Part shown: positions 20,946-26,103 of the stretch, in pieces
Layout of the letters: each line of letters opens with the position of its first letter
Numbering within the stretch: the stretch's first letter is position 1
Origin: Octopus sinensis
Lineage: Eukaryota
Reading direction: 5' to 3'
DNA: 26,103 bases
Assembly (NCBI RefSeq): GCF_006345805.1
Contig: NW_021835645.1
Location: 1-26,103 of the forward strand
Program-made: the position numbers and the translations under genes
The notes under the pieces: generated by a model
What the model saw: the letters and a program-made list of their open reading frames with translations, nothing else
What the model was told of the DNA's origin: nothing
Databases searched by the model: none

Positions 20946-21000
20946 ATATGTGTATATATATATATGTATTCTGACTCAAAGTACTCATCTATACTTTTCA

Positions 21001-21477
21001 AAGAGCTTCACTGCTGTCGTTGCAGCGGTCGACTAAGCGTCGAGGGATCTCTGCACGATTTTGCATATGCGTTTCGGTAAGCTCTCTTGCTACCCATCGC
21101 AGTGACTTTAAGGAAGCGAAACTTGCCGTGAATGATTTCATATGCAGAACCATGACTAATGTACAGAGAACATGCCACTTCATCAATAGTTACTCATCGA
21201 TTCGCCAGAATCAACTCTCAGGTTTGTTGAATCCTCAAGTCAGTGGTGGAGGTTGATGGGTGTCCTGTGCCTTCGTGGTTCACGCTTATCAAACCATTTT
21301 TAAATTTCCCGATCCACTCATACATACATCTACATTTTACATTACTGTTTTCGTGTTGTACAGAAGGCCTGCGATGTATTTCATCCCCTGACATGCAATG
21401 AATTTCTCGGGTTCAAACCCAAGAAATCAGATCACTGATCTCTGGTCCTTCCTGGATGCGCACTTCTGAGCGACCAT
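21001..21477 (-). pseudogene. Mariner (Tc1/mariner) transposase fossil, N-terminal HTH half
   Basis: Frame-corrected: QRSVI*FL..EIHRR..MYEWIGKFK..GHPSTSTTD..ILANR*VTIDEVA..ISHGSAYEIIH..WVARELTE. The WVPREL-type motif is at 21079-21096; several stops and frameshifts. Confidence 0.9.
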
Positions 21478-21910
21478 GTTTACCCTGTTACACAAGAAAG
21501 AGAACTGAAGCGATCAAAGACAAACTTCGGTTACATAACCACAAGACTTCCAACTTTTAGTGCTACAGAATACAGTGTGGCCAACCTAAAAAAAGGGTCT
21601 GGCGAAAGTGTGGATAACTTTTGACTTCTCATAATGTGTGTGTGTGTGTGTGTGTTCCTTTATTCCTTTAAGAGAGCTGCGATTATGCTGAGGCATCGAC
21701 GTTAGTTTATTGCACTTTCATCACGTGAAACCTCTGATATGTAGTTTGGTGTTGTTGCTCTCATTTGTGTTTTCTCGTAGTAAAAAAAAGGTTCATCCAG
21801 AATTCTTGACAGAAGGAGATCCGGTTTTATATTGAGGACCTTTTAGGGAGGATATTGAAGAACTGTGGGCTCTTGTATATATATATATATATATATACAC
21901 AGACACAGAC

Positions 21911-22060
21911 ATAGGTGCAGATGTGGCAGCGTAGTAAGTTTGCATCCCAACAGCATGATAATCTTCTTGTATAATATCTCCGGGTTGAACGAAAACTTAG
22001 AAGTGGATTTGGCAGATGGAAACTGAAAAAAGACTGTCGTGTGTCTGTGTGTGTGAGAGT
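21911..22060 (+). mobile_element. Diverged, internally deleted SINE D 5' half
   Basis: ataggtgcagatgtggcagcgtagtaag...gtggatttggcagatggaaactgaaa..gtcgtgtgt. Confidence 0.6.
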
Positions 22061-22556
22061 GTGTGTAACTGTAGGCATGCATGCATGTACTCTCTGAGAA
22101 AAGAAATGAAATCAATACGGAGGGATGTACGTGGTGCAGGACATTCAACCTGCTAAAAATAACAGCTGAATCCCTTTACATCTTATAACACTATTTGACG
22201 TCTGAATGTAAGATGGGATGCGTTAGAGTTAATATTTTTTATTCGTTTCATGGTTAGGCACTGACTTTCACAAAACAGCACCATAAACACACACACACAC
22301 ACACAGACCACAGACACACTCAAAATCGTTCAAATAAATACACATACACACACAATCAGACGAAACAGTGAAACACACGCAAGGTCAGAAAAGCAGACAT
22401 AAGCACATGCAGGGCGCATGCACGCGCCTATGCGTCTACCTGTAGTGGGCAGACATTTGGAGAAAGAGAGAGAGTGAGAGATGACAGATTCAGTGAGTCA
22501 TGCGCACGCATGTATACTCAGAGACCGAACACAGGTTTATGGTAGACACAGACAGA

Positions 22557-22591
<35 letters not shown>

Positions 22592-22870
22592 CGGCTGCAT
22601 ATGTACATGATGGGTTATCCCACACATACTTACAAATGCAGAACATACGTACGCGGTGGACATAGACACACAGACAGTCAGACACGTATACCGTAATGGC
22701 GGTGGTGGTGATGGCGGTGAGACAAAAGCGGAGGAACAACACGAATCTACTGAGAGAAGATAAACAAAGTTAGACAGCTGTGACCCGAAAACCTTGCACC
22801 CACCTTAATTTATCTTTCATTCATCTCAATAGAACAACGCTGACACTACACGACAACGGAAGTCTATGAT

Positions 22871-22873
<3 letters not shown>

Positions 22874-22924
<51 letters not shown>
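22874..22924. repeat. (TG)~25 microsatellite
   Basis: Direct. Confidence 0.95.
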
Positions 22925-22928
<4 letters not shown>

Positions 22929-23605
22929 ATATATTATGACAGAGAGAAATGAGAAAGAAGAGACACATACCTAAACCGCCAGTAAGTCCACATTCCTATT
23001 TCTTCAGACAAGTAAGGGAAATAATTCCTTTGTGGTCAGTAAAAAACAACTAGCCAACTATTTTGCTCGAATCAAATAACACCATTTAAGATAATATAAT
23101 TAATTTTGAGCCTCAAACTATCTTCAAATGAGAGGAACACCTTTGAGCGGAAAAAAATATTTTTATGAAAAAAAAAAAATCTGTCTCAAAGGTTTTACCC
23201 TTTCATTTACTCTTCAGGTCAGGAGAGAAATGCAACAACTCCTACATCAGAGGATAATCCTGGTGTTAAACTATCAATACAGTTAGCCATCCGCACTTGT
23301 TAAGGAGTAGTGGGCTGAATGTAGAGCTTTCTTTCACGACAAAACACTCGTCGAACCCTGTTCCCTTTTAAAATATAAATTAGGGCAAAACAAAGATTAA
23401 AAACGATAATTGGAATTTTCAAAATAAATAGACAATCAAATAAGTGAAAAGTACAAGAAAGTAAATATTAGTTTTAAAATGGTTAAAATTTTATACTTAA
23501 GCACAAAGTGCTCCATTTAATATTTTGCTGTGGAGGATGCATTGAAATTCGCTGGTATGTAAATTTTGGCTTTCTTTCAAACGTATTTGGGGTGATATTA
23601 CTGGT

Positions 23606-24022
23606 ACACTCATGCCAGTAATATCGCTTAGTAGTTTCTAAGCTGAAGTGAAGGCAGCATGTTCTTTTTCTATCTTCTCACCTTCTTGGAGATTTTAGAT
23701 AAAATTATACTAATGTGTCCATCTGTTTTAATTTAATTAAATTCTATGTCTTTATGCAGCTGAGGATTGCTCTGCATTTAAATTGGTGTAATGGTTGCAT
23801 TATTCGATTAAATGGAGTTGCTTGAAACTATCGTACTCCATTAACTGTGGATATCCTTGTTGCTTATTTTGATTTTAATCACGTTTGGCACACTCATGCC
23901 AGTAATATCGCTTAGTAGTTTCTAAGCTGAAGTGAAGACAGCATGTTCTTTGTCTATCTCCTTACCTTCTGGGGGATTTTAGGTAAAATTATACTAATGA
24001 GTCCTTCTGTTTTAATTTAATT
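23606..24022. repeat. 133-bp direct repeat (23606-23738 / 23890-24022), offset 284 bp
   Basis: First 48 bp identical; 9 substitutions in the rest by hand count. Confidence 0.92.
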
Positions 24023-24040
24023 CATCTGAATCTAATTTTT

Positions 24041-24087
<47 letters not shown>

Positions 24088-24094
<7 letters not shown>

Positions 24095-24242
24095 ACTGTA
24101 GGCAAAAGGCCGAAATTTTTGGGGAGGGGGGGGCCATCGATTATTAGATCGACCCCGAAGGATGAAAGTCAAAGTCGACCTCGGCGGAATTTGAACACAG
24201 AACGTAAAGGCAGACGAAATACGCAAGGATTTCGCCCGGCGT
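24088..24242 (-). mobile_element. SINE B, internally deleted, 5' end lost next to the Helitron
   Basis: cctttctactgtaggcaaaaggccgaaatttttgggg...tcgacctcggcggaatttgaac. Confidence 0.8.
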
Positions 24243-24253
24243 TATTATATATA

Positions 24254-24761
24254 TCTATATATATAAAACTGTAGTGTGTGAGTGCTGTCCCCTTCGATTA
24301 GATTCCTAACTACTCCCACATTTTGCGGTGCAGTTTAACAAATTCGGGTATCTTATAGTCGTGCTTCATATCGAGCCCGTCTGAGTATTAGCGCGCGCGT
24401 CTACGATGAGTCTACGATTTTAAAAAATAATTTAACATTTTTTATTCCATTTGAATGCATTTTTTCGTGTGTCGATGGCGGCGGAGTTGGCGTCCATGGT
24501 CACAACCTGCACCTGTTTGCTTCTCCCCCTTCTTTCTTCCCTCCCTCGTGAAGCTGTGGGGAAGGGAGTGTAAGGAAATCAACGTCGTAAAGCGTTGTCA
24601 AGGAGACCAGCGTTCTTTTAGAACAACGACTTCGTGGCTTGAAGACACCAAAACAGAAATGGCTAAGAAAGCCCGAATGGCATCTATAAGGGAAGTAACT
24701 CTCTAAAAATGCTTATAGTTATTTCCCTACAAACCCGAGCAACGCCGGGCGATACTGCTAG
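24254..24761 (+). mobile_element. Non-autonomous Helitron, 508 bp
   Basis: A|TCTATATATATAAAA 5' end; 3' hairpin cccgagc-aac-gccggg (24734-24749), CTAG (24758-24761), then |T. No TSD. Confidence 0.85.
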
Positions 24762-24792
24762 TATATATATATATATACACTAACTGGCGTGC

Positions 24793-25383
24793 CTAGTAAT
24801 TCCCGCGAAAGCGGGGCTAATCCCTTGGTTCCGTTTTCATAATTGTTTCGCTAATCGAAAATCAACAATACAAAGTATGTAGCCCTTGAAATAGTTTTTG
24901 TGAATTTACAGAGAATACCGTACTGTTTTACACAGGATCTTCTCGTTAGGAATTCCCAATAAGTTATGAATACCCAAATTGTGAAGTGGAATTATTGCTT
25001 AGGAAAATACTATTTACTTGCTTGAGAGTTGTACTGTATAAACTGCGAAAATAACTCTAACAGTTCAAATACTATGAAGCATGCTCAATTTGATTTATAC
25101 CAAATAATTTAGGAAAATGAATGGGTTACTTCCCTTGGCTGTTAAGATCTGGCGAATGGGTTATTTCTCTTGGCTGTTAAAATGAAATATATTATATATA
25201 TATAAGGATCCCTTCCAGAGGTCCTGTTACCGATTTTTGCAGCAATCTGATTATGCCATGAGGTTTCTAGACATGAGTTCTACTCACGTGTCAAGTTTCA
25301 TCAAAATCGATAAAACGATGTAGGAGGAGTTAGCTAACAACTCCACGAACACACCCACAGACAGAATTACCCACATATGTGGT

Positions 25384-25429
<46 letters not shown>

Positions 25430-25450
25430 TTATATTCATATTTATAAAGA
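24793..25450 (-). mobile_element. Second non-autonomous Helitron, 658 bp, different family
   Basis: Minus strand starts A|TCTTTATAAAT, then (TG)n and tcgattttgatgaaacttg (typical Helitron-N subterminal motif); ends with hairpin cccgc-tttc-gcggg plus CTAG. The 3' flank base is G, not T. Confidence 0.7.
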
Positions 25451-25711
25451 TCTGATTTCATTACGCAAACCTTATTAGCGTACATTTTCATTTTTTACTT
25501 TAAGCGCCGTTGTAAAACGTTTAAGCGCACGGACAAGACGTAATTCATAAATTAACAATGGCGAATGTTTGACAGAATCAATCAGAGAAAACGTGTTCCT
25601 ATATCTTCTCCGGCACTTCACAGCCTGAGTAAAGTTAGGGTTAGGGTTAATATCAATAAAATAAAATACTTGTCTAGTACCAAAATCAACTGATCAAGTT
25701 TATGGCTTGTT

Positions 25712-26044
25712 ATCTTTTTATCAAGAGCGGCCATGCTGGAACATCACTTTGGGGGAATTTTAGTCGAATGAACGAAACCCAGTACTTTTTTTATACGTTT
25801 TTTTTAATAAATCGTGCTACTTATTCTTTCGATTGCATTTTGTCGAACTGCTAAGTTATGGGACGTAAGCACATCAACGCCCGTCAACAAGCATGGTGAG
25901 GGACAAACGAACACAGAAACATACACTTGTAGAAATCCATTCACAATTTACAGTAGCAGACATTTGTCAATGTTGCCACGCAATGGGACTGCACTCGGAA
26001 CCAAATGATAGGGAAGCAAAATTATTGTCACTCCGCCCACGCCC
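25712..26044 (-). mobile_element. Degenerate SINE D with both halves joined
   Basis: gcggccatgctgga...ttgtcgaactgctaagtta...gggacaaac, then aaatccattcacaa...gccacgcaatgggactg. Confidence 0.7.
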
Positions 26045-26103
26045 GTCTAATGTTAGAAATTTTTGTGATGGAAAGATGTTTTAAAAAAGTTCAATGAAAA
26101 TTT

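Noticed and set aside
21571-21600. tacagtgtggccaac, resembling a Tc1 TIR start
   Set aside because: No partner TIR found, and it does not fit the adjacent mariner orientation.
23193-23300. Good splice acceptor (tttcatttactcttcAG at 23217)
   Set aside because: No convincing downstream donor or recognisable peptide.
25632-25648. TTAGGG x2 (and a variant near 9460)
   Set aside because: Too short for an interstitial telomere; expected by chance or as part of dispersed repeats.

Overview
AT-rich, repeat-saturated eukaryotic DNA, most likely intergenic or intronic. The SINE families look like the tRNA-derived SINEs of Octopus/coleoid cephalopods; this is recognition from memory, not a database search. 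No complete protein-coding gene is visible, and nearly all ORFs in the track come from microsatellites or SINEs. The standout feature is a 2.8-kb array at 3583-6383, inserted in (TA)n. It is built from a ~597-bp monomer present about 4.6 times: ~1.5 copies on the minus strand, then ~3.1 copies on the plus strand. Each full monomer carries a type I hammerhead ribozyme (CUGAAGA...GAAAC-GUAC-GUC, palindromic minimal helix III, unusually long helix II). This fits a Penelope-associated, retrozyme-like ribozyme retroelement, possibly inserted by twin priming. Other content: a 5'-truncated CR1-group LINE, a mariner transposase fossil, two tail-to-tail non-autonomous Helitrons, a DINE-1/Helentron-like element, MITE fragments, about 20 SINE copies or fragments (working labels A-E are mine), long compound microsatellites, several local duplications or inverted repeats, one orphan coding-like fragment and one candidate 75-nt exon.
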